DNA of 64,000 nucleotides from Neoechinorhynchus agilis. Its lineage: Eukaryota; Animalia; Acanthocephala. The notes under the pieces are model-generated. The model saw nothing but the letters and a program-made list of their open reading frames with translations, was not told the DNA's origin and ran no database searches. Positions 1-12,299 of the stretch are shown piece after piece; position 1 is the stretch's first letter; every line of letters starts with the position of its first letter. The stretch covers positions 9,960,784-10,024,783 of the forward strand of contig CM121341.1 in assembly GCA_051530055.1 (NCBI GenBank), in the 5' to 3' direction. The translations under genes were made by a program, and so were the position numbers.

Positions 1-620
1 TGGTTATCGATAAAGCTTTTGTCCTACAAGGTGCCTTTTTGGAGCGAGGTTCCGGTGCTTATCAATCTTGATTATCTGTAAATGATTCAAAATGTTCTGA
101 GGTCAATAGTGTATAGCCTTATCGGCTAATAGATACCAGGAAATGGAATCCGGAAAATGTTCAGTCATCTCATAGACAAAGTCTACTCCTTGGTCGATAA
201 AGTTTATTGTCATGCAGGAAACAACGGGTACTAATCCGGAAAACTGTGGGAGGCAATCATGAATAGTTTCTTGTTTGACTTGTCTAGAAACTCATATAAA
301 GAATTGGATTTTCCATCATTTTGGTTGTTGAATCTGGGTTTAAAAGTTTGGATGATGACTTGAGTATTCAAGTAACTTCGTTTGTTGATTATCTAAACAA
401 TTGGACCTCATCACGACTTAAGTAGTTGCTCCTGCGTGTTGTTTCCAGCATTGGGCATCCGACTATTGATTATCAAGAAGGGCTAAAAGCAATCCATTAG
501 TACGTGACAGAACCAATATGGGCTCTGCTAAAACAATTTTCTCGTCTAATGCGCACGATTTGGAACCCGATTTTTGTTGGAGAACAATATGTGATAGTCG
601 GAGGGCCACTTTTCTTACCA
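1..620 (+). pseudogene. Endogenous viral element: degenerate Mononegavirales-like (rhabdo-like) L protein, N-terminal RdRp domain I fragment
   Basis: Manual translation gives VYSLVDKVYCHAGNNGY*SGKLWEAIM (181-260) and, after a frameshift, VVSSIGHPTIDYQEGLKAIH*YVT (GHP at 453-461). This parallels VSV [28 protein letters not shown]...[22 protein letters not shown] in both sequence and spacing. Stops and frameshifts are present, and the fragment probably extends left of the window. Confidence 0.7.
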
Positions 621-779
621 TGTGCTCATGGGTGCTTTCGAGATGCAGACGGCCCAGACATTTTATGTGGTTACAGTGACATTGGAGGGCGGCTCCCAGG
701 TGGTCGAGCGGTTTACGTTCGGCCGCGAGAACTGCATTGGTGGCTTTCCTTACGACGTCTTCGGATCATCAATTAAGGG

Positions 780-1640
780 GCTCTAGATGAAGGAAAAGAC
801 TATGTTTTCTCTTCTTGTGTTAGTTTGTCCCTGTCTGAGAAAGGACTTATAGATTATGAAGAGGTGGAGTTTGGTGTTGACGTTAATAGTAGACTAAAAG
901 GTTTTGACTCAAAAGCAGGTAAAATTATATCAAAGAATGAATTATGTTTGAAATATTTCATCCAATCGCACTGGACTTCTTCAGTCAGGTATTGCTTGTA
1001 AGTTTTAACAATCGTGAACAATATAAAGAGGCTGGTTTCAAGATATTAATGGCAAGTGAGTTTAAACGTCTTAGTGTTTGCCCTACTCTGAAACGGATCA
1101 TTTGAAGTGTTCTTCTATCTCATCACTCAGTGTGTGTGAATGGATGGTATGATGATGAGCATTGGGAGAGCCGAACACGGTTGACTTCATTGGTGTGAAA
1201 GAGTGGTGGCAGACACACTGGTGTATCGGTTAACAACGGGAATGCCTTCTGGTTCCAATTTGACGACCTTCTACAATTCATTGGCTTATGCAATTATATT
1301 GTCTCAAGCGGTGTTTGATAGCCTTCACAGTTTAAGGGGTATCAGGGTTGCGACGCCATGGAAAAACTAAAGCCTTTGGAATGGTTTGGTCACTATGGTA
1401 TGGTTTATACCGATGCAAACAAAGGTCAGGCATTGTCATTGTTGGAGTCCGGAGAAGTATCTTTTCTTAAGAGAAAGTTTCTTCAGCTATGAAGTACGCC
1501 AGTTATGCTAATGAGTTTGGATGATGTTGCAGTCCCTCAAATGATACAGAAAAACAAGCGAAACTCGGACATGGTCCACTAGAGCATTGACGGAAGGAGC
1601 AGCAATTGAAGTTGCTTTACATGGTCGGATGAGGAGTCAA
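780..1640 (+). pseudogene. Endogenous viral element: degenerate picorna-like (Picornavirales) RdRp
   Basis: Motifs appear in the expected order: LIDYEEVEFG...DSKAG, NGWYDDEHWESRTRL, motif B GMPSGSNLTTFYNS (1239-1280), motif D YTDANK, motif E SFLKRKF (1460-1480), and C-terminal AAIEVALHG. Motif C (YGDD) is not recognisable and may be deleted or mutated. Several frameshifts. Confidence 0.85.
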
Positions 1641-2129
1641 AATTAAAAAATGTAAAATTCCTTAATTTTCTGCCGAAAATAGGAGAACATTTGCAAAGTC
1701 CGCTAAGTATGGAAGGAAGGAAACCTACTTCAAGGCAATTACAGAAACCTCAAATGGCAAAATTTAAAGGACAAAAGCGTCGAAATTATCGATGAATTAA
1801 AAGAATAAAGGAATCACACCACGATCAATAAATAACCACAAAAATTGGAATTCATTTTAAATGCGATCGTGATGAGAACCAGCAGTTGCAAAAGAACCAA
1901 AATATGAAATATTGCGGGAAAATATGATCTCCGACAAACAATTTCTCGGGATATTTACCCCATTTCTGGAATACTACGATTATAATCTTTTGCCATTTCA
2001 AGTAATGAGCAGAAGCTCAAGTCCTGAACTCAGGTAGATCAATGACAAAAATGAGTTAAAATTGTTACAGCTCTCTCTTTCGGTTAATTAGCGCCAGGAC
2101 TACTGAGTTATTTGCGTTTTCTTGTCCTA

Positions 2130-4500
2130 ACGTAATGCGCGGATTTGCTCAGTTCGATCGATTAGAGAGAATATCGTAGAGATTCCGTCGAAAGGTAGTC
2201 GTCTTAAAGCTAAGTTTGACCGACTTATAGAACGCTCAAACGTAGCTGAGGATTTTCAAAAGCGTGACGCAAATATCGAAATTACAGTTGATAGCCCCGA
2301 AATTCCCGCTGGAACTTTGACATCTGCCCAGAAGGATGTCCTGTCGAGAGGACCGGCATTTGTTCCAAGACGTAAGTTCGCGGAACGAGAAACCTTTCAG
2401 CTTCAGATTGACGTTGCGAGGCTAGCCTATCAACTACGTTGGAAATCAAACACGGAGAGATATGAACGATCGCTTCCTACTGCAACTGGGATGAACTCTA
2501 CTTCTGAAACTTCCCCGAGGAAGAGATTTTCTTTTGAAGGCAAGTTCGTTGTTGCTCCTCGAGCAGATGACAATATTGAGAGGAATTTGGTTTGTTTTCT
2601 AGAGAAACTTGAATTTATATGCCAGACTCAAATAAGGAGAACATCTTCAAACAATCTTCCTGACGCTCAAATGCAGGCACTAAAGGACATCAAAAAGTCT
2701 ACTCAAGAAAAGACGATGAGGGTGTCTGTCAGTGACAAAGATGGCGAATTGGTTGTTCTGACGAAGCATTATGAAGACGAAATGATGAAGAAATTGATTT
2801 CCGATGAATCTCTATATAAGCCTGAAACGGAGGATGATTCCGATGAGAAACGATGCAGTTTGAACGAAGCTTTGCGCAGGATAGTCACGCGTAGGAACCT
2901 TACGAGAATGCACGCATTTACCCAAGGGCCCTTACGTACCCCAGTTCTATATGCGATGGTAAAGACCCATAAGATGCCGGAGGTCTTATTGAGAGGAGAC
3001 CAGCTCAAATGCAGACCAATTGAATCTACAATAAATGGACCAGCATATAGGGTATCCAAACTGCTAGCCAAGATGTTGGCTCCTTTGGATGGAGATGGGC
3101 CAGCATACATCAAAAATACGCGCGGACTAACAGAAACATTGGAATCGAGGCAAGATATCCTGCAACGATCTAAAGTGATGTCCTTCGATTTCCAAAGCTT
3201 ATATACAAATGTCGACACTGAAGCCGCAATTGATACATTGGCCAGGAAGTTGCAAGAACGTCGGACAAACCTGTTCGGAATGGAACCTTCTGCTGTGTTG
3301 ATGCTCACACGTCTGGTCCTACAATGCAACCTTTTTCGATTCCGAAATCAACTGTATCGTCAAGTCCGTGGTCTCGCGATGGGTAACAGTCTTGCGCCAG
3401 TCTTGGCTAATCTATTCCTTGATGGCTTAGAGGGGCAGCACATTTTTCCACATCTTTCGTCGAGTCAAATCTATCTCCGATATGTGGATGATGTGCTGCT
3501 AACCTACCACGAGGACAGTGAGGTCGACACAATCGAAGAAAAGCTAAATTCAATGGATTTAGCAGGTATCTGGTCCTTCATCGTGAGTCACACCATCCAT
3601 GGATCATCAAGCAATCTATCTTCACAGAAATGTGGAAAACAGCAATATGTGCTTCGACGGATCAAGGAAAACACGAGGCGGAGGAGCGGATTAAGCAACT
3701 GTTCGCATTACCAGGTTGACGGCTGGTGCGAGGAAAAAAGAGAAAAGATTCGATCGACGAAGTAGATTAGCAGAGGAAAGTCTACCAGTCCTAAAAGTGC
3801 CATTCGTCGATGAAGGATTCATGACCGAAGTCAAGAAAGCATTGCGGCAATGCAAGTTAAAAGCGCGAGTTGTCCACAGGATAGGGCCATCACTCAGACA
3901 GATTTTGAAACAGGCCGAGCACCACGAGGATCAAAATCGTTGTCCGAAGGCATGTCTGATGTGCCCCCATTGCAGCCCTTCAAGGAACGAAGAAGGACGA
4001 TTCCTCAGACCGTCTTGCCAATCAATATGCGTGGTATATAGGATGTTGTGCCGGCTATGCAAGGACGAAGGACGGACAACGTTCTACGTTGGCAAGACTG
4101 AAAGAACATTACGTTCACGTGTGACGGAACACGTGCGTAATGCGCGCAATCTGACAGCTCTGTCATTCCGATCGACCCCATGGGCTACCCATTTCGCTAC
4201 CTCTCACGTTGGTGCCAGCCCAGCCTTCGAGATTGAGGTGATGCACAAGGCATCCGATCCGGTGGATCTCTCGATTGCCGAAGCGCTATGCATTAATCGT
4301 GGGAGAGTAGTGGGATTGGGTGGGGTTACGAGCAGCAAGGACAGACACAACGAGGCAGAGGGGATGCTCAATAAGAGGGATGAGCTGACGGACAGCGTTG
4401 CCCTCCTCTGATTCCTTTTCAGATAACCGAAGAAAAGCTTCCTGACGAAGACGCAAGGCGTCGAAAATTTGAAGTAAGAAATAAATAAAACACTCATTTT
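2130..4500 (+). mobile_element. Penelope-like element, RT plus GIY-YIG endonuclease with Cys-rich linker (Neptune-type architecture), frameshifted
   Basis: ORF 2317-3765 has the PLE N-terminal LTSAQKDVLSRGPAFVP and RT motifs SFDFQSLYTNVD, GLAMGNSLAPVLANLF and YLRYVDD. ORF 3716-4411 has CxxxCxxC upstream of VVYRMLCRLC...FYVGKTERTLRSRVTEH. Confidence 0.92.
4438..4474 (+). ncRNA. Minimal type I hammerhead ribozyme motif in the Penelope 3' end
   Basis: CTTC-CTGACGA-A-GACGC aag GCGTC-GAA-AATT-T-GAAG: 4-bp stem I, conserved core, 5-bp stem II and palindromic AATT in place of stem III. It lies 27 nt after the endonuclease stop codon. Confidence 0.65.
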
Positions 4501-4532
4501 TCGTTCGATAATAAATCTGGAAGGTCGAAATC

Positions 4533-5520
4533 AACGTACATTTTTAAACGAAAATTGGAATATCGACGTTTCCAATAATTTCAAGAAATATTACTCACAT
4601 TGAGGCGCTCGTCCTTGTCGCGAATGTTCTATTATTCGCTACAAAATCGTTCGATTCTTCAGGAAACAAAAAGAACAATGGAAGGAACACGAATGCATCG
4701 ATTAAAAGCGGGCAGCGATTTGGAAGGTACGAAAAAATAGAAGAATTCAAGCTCTGTGTAATGATTTCTCGACGCCTTCACAAAAAGTTTCATTCCTTGC
4801 CAATGGACTTTATAGAAGAAAAAGACAGGAATTTCAATCGCTCTTCAACTGTAAAATCAAGTTTCTTTTAATGGCGGAAGCCTCCAGACACGTTCGAGAT
4901 TATTGATGTTCCCAGCAATCCTGTGAGTGAAACTGCTTTGAGATTCGCTTCTCGCCTGCGATCTCAATGGACTGATTATCCCAATGGGAGAAGACCAGAA
5001 ACAAATCGAAAATTTGTGTTGCGATGTGTGATTGACAATGGCAGGAAGGAGTTATGAGTTGAGATTTGGTGTTATTCTGCCACGGTTGGATGAGCCGATT
5101 TTTGGTATATTTATATCGGGAATGGCCGCTGATTTTTACTTTGGAAAAATTGGGAGATAGAGAATTATGATTTATCGGACGTTGATGGAGGCGCACAATT
5201 AATTTTAGACGTGATAGATGTTTTAATTTATTTGTTAATAGCGTATGCGGATGCTTATGCTGAGAAAATAAGGTTTATAGGGATACTGGTAACACGCGAT
5301 GTTGGTACAGATGTATCAATCGAGTGATTGGGGTTTGATGATTTAATACAATAATATTTATGTGGATAGATCCGAAGAGGAAGTTGTGAAGCAGGGAACT
5401 TCTATCTCCTGTTGAAGATGAGAGAGGCAATGAGTACTACGTGGAAATTTACTGTGCGAAGACGCGGGCGTGGGTAGCTTAAAATCTGTGAACGATATAA
5501 TTGCAAATTTGATTTAGAAA
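4533..5520. repeat. Dispersed repeat block, diverged copy of ~26947-28420
   Basis: Starts with tacatttttaaacgaaaattggaatatcgacgtttccaataatttc, which recurs exactly at ~11091 and ~26947 and in variant form at ~41420 (3' part at ~47660). The downstream part matches 27560-28420 and, partly, 43400-43545. Confidence 0.7.
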
Positions 5521-5524
5521 TTAA

Positions 5525-5830
5525 CTCACATCATTTTTACAGGCATTTACGAATATTCACGTCACCGCTCTGGATCACCCAGCTGCCGTCCCTGTGATAT
5601 GGTTGAAAGTACAGATGCAACGTTGCCTAGTTGCACAGCCGGACTTATGCTTTCCAAGAGTAATGCCCATGCCTTTGGATCGTCAGTGATTCGTCTGAAT
5701 CTCTTCGACTATTACTTGACTAGGTCCTGCGCCGCGGTGCTAAACGATCCGAGTGTATCGGCGCCAAAGTGAACAAAATAATCATTTCGACCTAGGTAAC
5801 GGTACTTTGTCTTTTTTGCGTAGAAAATTC
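5525..5830 (-). mobile_element. 3' fragment of a CRE-like RLE non-LTR retrotransposon
   Basis: The reverse strand encodes YFVHFGADTLGSFSTAAQDL...SISPAVQLGNVASV, the C-terminus of this family. It is homologous to 28450-28700. Confidence 0.72.
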
Positions 5831-5889
5831 TGATAATTCGAAGGTTCAGTTCTCAAAGAAAATCTCGACTGAAAACAAGCACCGAACTG

Positions 5890-8720
5890 CATACATATTG
5901 CCTACAATCGACGCTACTGACGCAGACACCTTGAACGCACCACTTATCGATCATGATCAACCTGAGAAGACCAATGCTGCCGGGCTTCCACGCGTCTCTA
6001 CTGGTGTGTGTTCGGTTTGCGGTAAGTCTTGTAAATTAACCAATTGGGGGGTTTTGTTTACCCATGGTCCCGGGATTCCGCTGTAGTAGGTCCCGTTCTC
6101 CACCACAATCAACCGATCTGTTTATTCCTGGGACCTCTCAGATCACCACTGACTCCATTTCGATACCTGATGTCGTGCGGTTTCTGCCCAGGAACGTCCT
6201 GAAACAGATCCCAAGGGGCGCACGATATCAGGTCGCGAAAGCATTTACGGGATTGCTCAACGATTGCCTCCAAAATAATTGAGCTCCATCATGGGCACGG
6301 TTCTTCGCATTCCCGCGCTTAGTACTTTGCACCAGTGATGATTCTGGGGTGTCTTTGACATCAATAATCAAGGAAAGGGTGGAATCCTTCGAGCAACTAT
6401 TTAACAATTTGGAAATGAAATTTCGCGAGGTTCGTAAGGGACGCACGAAGGAAGGGTTTCGTTGCCGTTTTTCAAAGCGATCCCTGACTGAACGTGTCTC
6501 TTCGAAGCTTGCGGACGAAGATGTTCAGGGGCTGTTCGGTTATTGTCATCCTCCGACAGTTTTGCAGAAGGAGAAAACGAGACACTACAAATACTCAGGT
6601 TAAAACACCCATGCAGTAGTGGCAGTTTTCAAATTCCACCTCCTCCCATACAAGACAGGACACCCACTAAAATTTGAGAGTTAAAAAGGCCAGATCATCT
6701 TTTACCTATAGTTCGGGTCATGGCCCGACGGTCTAAGGCCTCAGCACCTAATGTCCTTTACAGCTGGTGAAGCAGCTCTCTCTAGAAAGTGCGCTTTCGC
6801 AAGTTGTCGACCGCCTGACTGGAGAGGATTTGAATCCCGTTGCAAAAGACCTATTTTTCGGAGCATCATTATGTGTCCTCACAAAAAAAGAAGGTGGGAT
6901 TCGTCCCATCGCCGTATCTTCGACAATACGCCGACTTGCAAGAAATATTCTCTGCAAACGTATCACCGAAAACCGGGCAGCAACTTCGCCCAGTTCAACT
7001 GGGCTGCTGCACATCCCGCGGGCGGAAGCTATTGTCCACGCGCTCCGAAACTTTTCCACGAGGAGTCCAGAGGCGTGATTCCTAAGTGCGATTTTCAGAA
7101 CGCCCTTAACTCTCTCAATAGAGAAAGCACGTTCTGCGCAATTAGGGATCACACGCCAGAAGCCTTCCAGTATTTTCTCAGTGCCTACGGAACCGCGACT
7201 CCTTTGCTTTTCGAAGACCACCTAATTTGGTCCGAAAGAGGAGTGCAGCAAAGAGATCCTTTCGGTCCAACCGCATTCTGCCTAACAGTAAATTCAAAAG
7301 CATACTCTTTCCATTTCAGCATCAACGCTTGGTACTTGGATTCCGTTGTACTGCGCGATTTGGAGACGCTGATTTGGGAGCTCGAGAATGGGCATTGAGC
7401 TCCATGCTGGGAAGTGTGAGCTCCTAGCATTAAATATCGAAGACGCCGCCAAAGTCAAGGAGCTAGTAAATGGGCTCGAGGCCGAAGCTCCAGGTCTGAA
7501 AGTGGTAACTTTAGAGCGACTCAGCCTCCCGGGTAATTGCATCTTTGATTCTAATGTGGAAATTGAGATCGGCCGTGTCATACCGAAACTTTCGTTGCTG
7601 TGCGATAGGGTGAGCGCTCTCTCGGCTCACGAAGCGTAATTTCTGATAAAGAACGCACTCTTTATCCCAAAAGGTTATATAAGGTCCGCACAGCAACATT
7701 CTTCAAACCTAAAGAAGGATTAGCTAAGCTGGACGACAAGGTGAGGGCTTGTCTCTAGCGTGCTTTAAATGTCGAGCTCTCATGTGAGGCGTGGCGACAA
7801 GCTTCATTGCCTGTGCCATCTGGGGGAATGGGCATTCGGGCGCTAGTAGACCTTGCCTTGCCAGCATTTCTTGGATCGTATGAGGGGCGTCAACCGATAG
7901 CGAAGATAATTCTGAGGGGAAAGTTTTGTCTTGACCAAGACTGTGGTGACAGTTGAAGAATGGTGCAAGCAGACTGGCGCTAACCATGTTCCCGTGAATG
8001 GCCTCAGACAGTCGATGTGGGACGGACCTCTCGTCGCGAGTGCTCACAGCTCTCTACTTTCAGGTTCTCGCGATCGGGTCGTCCGAGCTAGATCGTTGGC
8101 AGTTTCGACACGAGAATGGGGGGCGTGGTTGGAGGCTGTTCTTCTGGCATCTGTGGGAACTTCTCACTGATGAGGTAACGGGGATCGCAGTGTTTTTACG
8201 TCTCGGTTTTCCGATATGCACGCCTGTCGACGTGGGTCTTTGGTTGATGCTTTCCCTCGACACGCTCCCGTTTGCCGAAAGTCAGGAGGAAGGTTCTCAT
8301 GCCATTCTGAGATCAATACCGTAATTTTTCGGGCATTGAGAAGGACGAACTTCTCCAACATCTTGGAACCCGCCCCATCTTTGTCGACTAGACGGTCGTC
8401 GACCTGACCGAATTTTGGTCTTTCCGTGGCGGGAGGGCAAATGCCCTCTCTGTGACGCCACGTGTGTGGATACCCTCGCAACCAGCAACATCCCCTACTC
8501 CCTCGAAATCGCCGGTGGTGCCGCCAGTGCAGCGGAAGGGAGGAAGGTGCGAAAATGTAGGAATTTAGCAAGGGCCTACTATTCTTTCCCCTTCGGAGTA
8601 GAGCTGTATGGAGCGCTTGGCAGCTCGGCACTCACTCTGCTCCAGGATTTCTCGAAGAAATTGAAAGAAACCACCGGCGACGTACGAGCAGGTGTATTCC
8701 TGCGACAAAATATCTCGCTT
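5890..8720 (+). mobile_element. CRE-like non-LTR retrotransposon (N-terminal Zn finger, RT, restriction-like endonuclease), degenerate, near full length
   Basis: CSVCGKSCKLTNWGVLFTHGP; GPDGLRPQHL; FFGASLCVLTKKEGGIRPIAV; SERGVQQRDPFGP; degenerate YLDD (WYLDSV); FPWREGKCPLCDATCVDTLATS; FPFGVELYGALG. Many frameshifts. Confidence 0.88.
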
Positions 8721-8965
8721 GCAGGAGAAGATCCGATTTTGCGGGCGGTGGTGATTGTATCGGACTGATTTAGTTTCTCTAAAGTTGAGGGAGATGATTG
8801 CTGGAATGGACAACTTGGTAAATCAATAATCCGCGACTGAAGAAAGAATATAAAGAAAAAACGTCGGACCGAGACAAAGAGAATGGCGTATTATGAATCT
8901 CTTGGTGAGAGAAAAGGAAGTGGAAAATCGAAAATCAAGATTTTATGGAAAAATTAGCTGGTGAT

Positions 8966-10929
8966 TGTGATGGATGATTGATATTGCACACAATGCGCTA
9001 AGCGATATTAATGTGCAACGCGCCATTAATGCGAGAGAGCAAACCGGGTGTTTGTGTTTTGTTCGAAGGTTTTACTAAAAAGGTTACTCATGTCATTTGG
9101 CGACGAGGAACTGCAGAAAAGACGGATTACGATTGAGGAGGTTCTGGTCAACCAGCAGCAACTGATGAAGATGCTACTGGAAAATCGACAAGGAAATAAT
9201 GCTGATAACAGGATCAATATCACAGGATTCCGGAGCTATGTGCTAGCAAAAGAAGAATGGGCGGGATACGAAGCTCAGCCGGAAAAGCATTTTGAAGGCG
9301 ACCGAAGTCAATATCCGGGATGCAATAATCATTAATACTCCTCACGAGGAAGTGAGAAGGGCTGTTTTCAGCCGTAAAGATCCTACACTGAAGATCTTGC
9401 TGGAGATCACCGACACCTTGGAAAGCACGAAAGAAGCCATGAAGATTATGGTGTCTGCGAATAACAGGTCGCTTTCTGATTCAGAGCTCAAGGCAGTGAG
9501 CAGCTGGTCAAACAACCAAAAGCGTACGAAAAATCGTAAGTCTGTTGAATCGCCAGAACGCTGCAAGGTAAATGTTTCCGATGTGGAAGAGAGCATGGCG
9601 ATTTTAGCAAGTGTAGAGCAAAGACGGTGAAGTGCTTTAAGCGTAACAAGGTAGGGCATTTATCCCGATGCTGCAAGAATTCCAAAGATGTGAATCAATT
9701 AAGGCTGGACAAGAAGCTGGGTGAACCTAGACTGCACAATGCACCGGTCATTAGAGCATTTGGGGGAACGAAAATCGAAACTCTGGGTGTCTGCGATGTG
9801 CAAGTAAAATTAGATCAACGAATCAAGAAGCTGAACGTGACTGTGATCACTGGGATAAAGCGCTCGATTTTTGGTCTACCGTGGATAAGATCCCAGAAGC
9901 CCGAATCATCCAAGTCAATCAGATCCATGAAGATCCAGCGAATACCCAATCGATAAAAACTATGATTTGTGAGCAGTTTCCGATACCATTCGATGGCAAC
10001 TCAAGAGCTGTAAAGAGTTTCGAGGCCAGTTTTGCTGCGTTATCTCATGTCCAAGGACCTGTTCATAAGGCAAGGAGAGTACCATTTTCATTATATCATG
10101 CGGTAGGAGAGGAACTGGAAAGATTAGTGAAGGACGAGATATTGGTACCAGTTGATGTGGCTAAAAATGAGTTGACATGGTCCACTCACCGATTTTCAAA
10201 GCTGCCATAGACATGCGACTGACAAAACAGGCGGCAGTACATGATATTATCGTGAGGAAAACTATATGTGACGATTTCAATCACCCTAAATTCCCATCTT
10301 AGAGTGGACTCTTTTCAGATACCTACATTTGGCGAAGTAACTCAAAAACTGGCAAACGCTCGTTGGAATAGTACCGTTGACTTGAAAGATGCCTATCTGC
10401 CAATTCCGGTCGATTGCCAAATCAGTAGGATGCTCACGATATCCACTCCATTCGGATATTTCAGATACAAAAGATTGCCACTGGGAATTTCTTTTGCACC
10501 TGCAATTTTTCAGAGATATATCAACGCAGTTCTCAAATTAATTTCAAATACAGCAGCTTACTTGGATGACATTATTATCGCTACAGAAACAATGGAGCAC
10601 GAAAGATGTTTGAAGAGAGTGTTACAGCGTTTGGAAGACGAAGGCATGCGAGTTCAAGGGGATAAGTGTGTTTTTGCAGCTAAAGACATTCGATGTTTGG
10701 TCCACATAATCTCCGAAAACAGGATCTTACCGATTCATGATAGAACAAGAGCGTTAACAGAGGCTTCGCCTCCTAGTAACGCGAAGGAATTGAGGAGTTT
10801 CATCGTACTGGCTAACTTTCACGCTCGATTCTATCCGGCAATATTAATGCGCAACGCGCCATTAATGCGAGAGCCAACCGGGTGTTTGTGTTTTGTTCGA
10901 AGGTTTTACTAAAAAGGTTATTCATGTCA
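8966..10929 (+). mobile_element. Internally deleted Ty3/Gypsy LTR retrotransposon
   Basis: The ~130-bp LTR 8966-9095 (TG...CA) is followed by PBS-like TGGCGACGAG. Gag CCHC (KCFKRNKVGHLSRCC) and RT (VDLKDAYLPIPV, AAYLDDIII) are present, with a partial second LTR copy at ~10839-10929. RNase H and integrase are absent. Confidence 0.85.
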
Positions 10930-12235
10930 GTGATACAGCGTTAAAACTCACTGAACGGACGATTGCGCTTAATGAAACATCGTTAAAATCGCGTTGTTAA
11001 AGTAGAATAAAGCGTCCACATTGGCAAGCAGCTCAATTTATCCTGCTTTTCATGCATAAAACATTTTTGACGCAATTGCAGAAATAAATGTACATTTTTA
11101 AACGAAAATTGGAATATCGACGTTTCCAATAATTTCGAGAAATATTACGTTTCGTTTATTCGCTCCGAAATCGCTCAATTCATCAAGGAGCAAAAAGAAC
11201 GGCGGGAGGAACACGAATGCATCGATAGAAAGCGGACGGCGATATGGAAGCTACGAAAAAATGGAAGAATTTACGATCTGTGTAAACGATTTGGCGCCCG
11301 TTTAAAGAAATTTTCCTAATTTTTGAAAAAATTAGTTTGTGAGAAGTTGCCATTTTTCGTTTTCTAATGTGTTGCATATGAACTGTTTAAAAGTTCAACG
11401 TTGAACCGATGGATAGTTGCAGATTTTCTAGAATAGAAACTAACAATCGATTTAAAAGGTGCTGCGGTCTCTTAAATAAGTTCATAAATCGCAGTGCAAT
11501 CGGAAATTAACAAATAACGCTTTTCCTCCTAATCAGATGGACCGATTGGGGTCGTGGCCAGAAATTTTAAAAGCCATTTCATTTAAAAAAGTAAAAAACG
11601 GAATCGCAACCTAACGTTGAAACGGAGAGTGTCAAACCACCAGCCAATGTTTTGTAAAAGTGCACTTAACCTAGGAGCAGAAATTGCTCTCACGCTCCTA
11701 AGCTCGGATACAAAACCTCATCTCCTGGAAAAGGATGTCCAACTCGAATAACCTCGTGCCTAGTCGACATTTTCAAACGTAAATCAGAAAGCATATTTCG
11801 CATATCTCACTAAAAAGTGGCCACCGGTCATGCTCAGACAATTATTGTAAAACGGTTGCCCGATGGGCTCGTCAAGATAAAAATTACGGCGTAAAAAAGA
11901 ATCAATTATCTCATTTCTGGAACAATGAGATTCTATTGCGTGAACATCTAATTTGAGTTTGCAGCATCGTGTCGGGTGTGTGTGATTGTTAGATTAATAA
12001 AAATCTGGCGACGAGGATTATTTCTGCCATTGCGTCAAAAATGTTTTATGCATGAAAAGCAGAATAAATTGAGCTGCTTGCCAATGTGGACGCTTTATTC
12101 TACTTTAACAACGCGATTTTAACGATGTTTCATTAAGCGCAATCGTCCGTTCAGTGAGTTTTAACGCTGTATCACTGACATGAATAACCTTTTTTGTAAA
12201 ACATTCCAACAAAACACAAACACCCGGTTAGCTCT
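10870..12235. repeat. ~218-bp inverted repeat pair (10870-11087 / 12018-12235) around a ~930-bp spacer
   Basis: 12018-12235 is the near-exact reverse complement of 10870-11087. The arm contains one LTR end, a second ~88-bp TG...CA LTR-like segment and a PBS-like TGGCAAGCAG. Confidence 0.85.
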
Positions 12236-12299
12236 TCCAAAAAATCTTAAATGGAGTCGAATTTGCAAGAATATCAAGATGCCTAACGTCTATTCGTGA

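Noticed and set aside
504-776. 90-aa ORF called by the ORF track
   Set aside because: It straddles frameshifted viral sequence and is not a coherent protein.
2769-3329. 186-aa minus-strand ORF
   Set aside because: Antisense shadow of the Penelope RT; no independent motifs.
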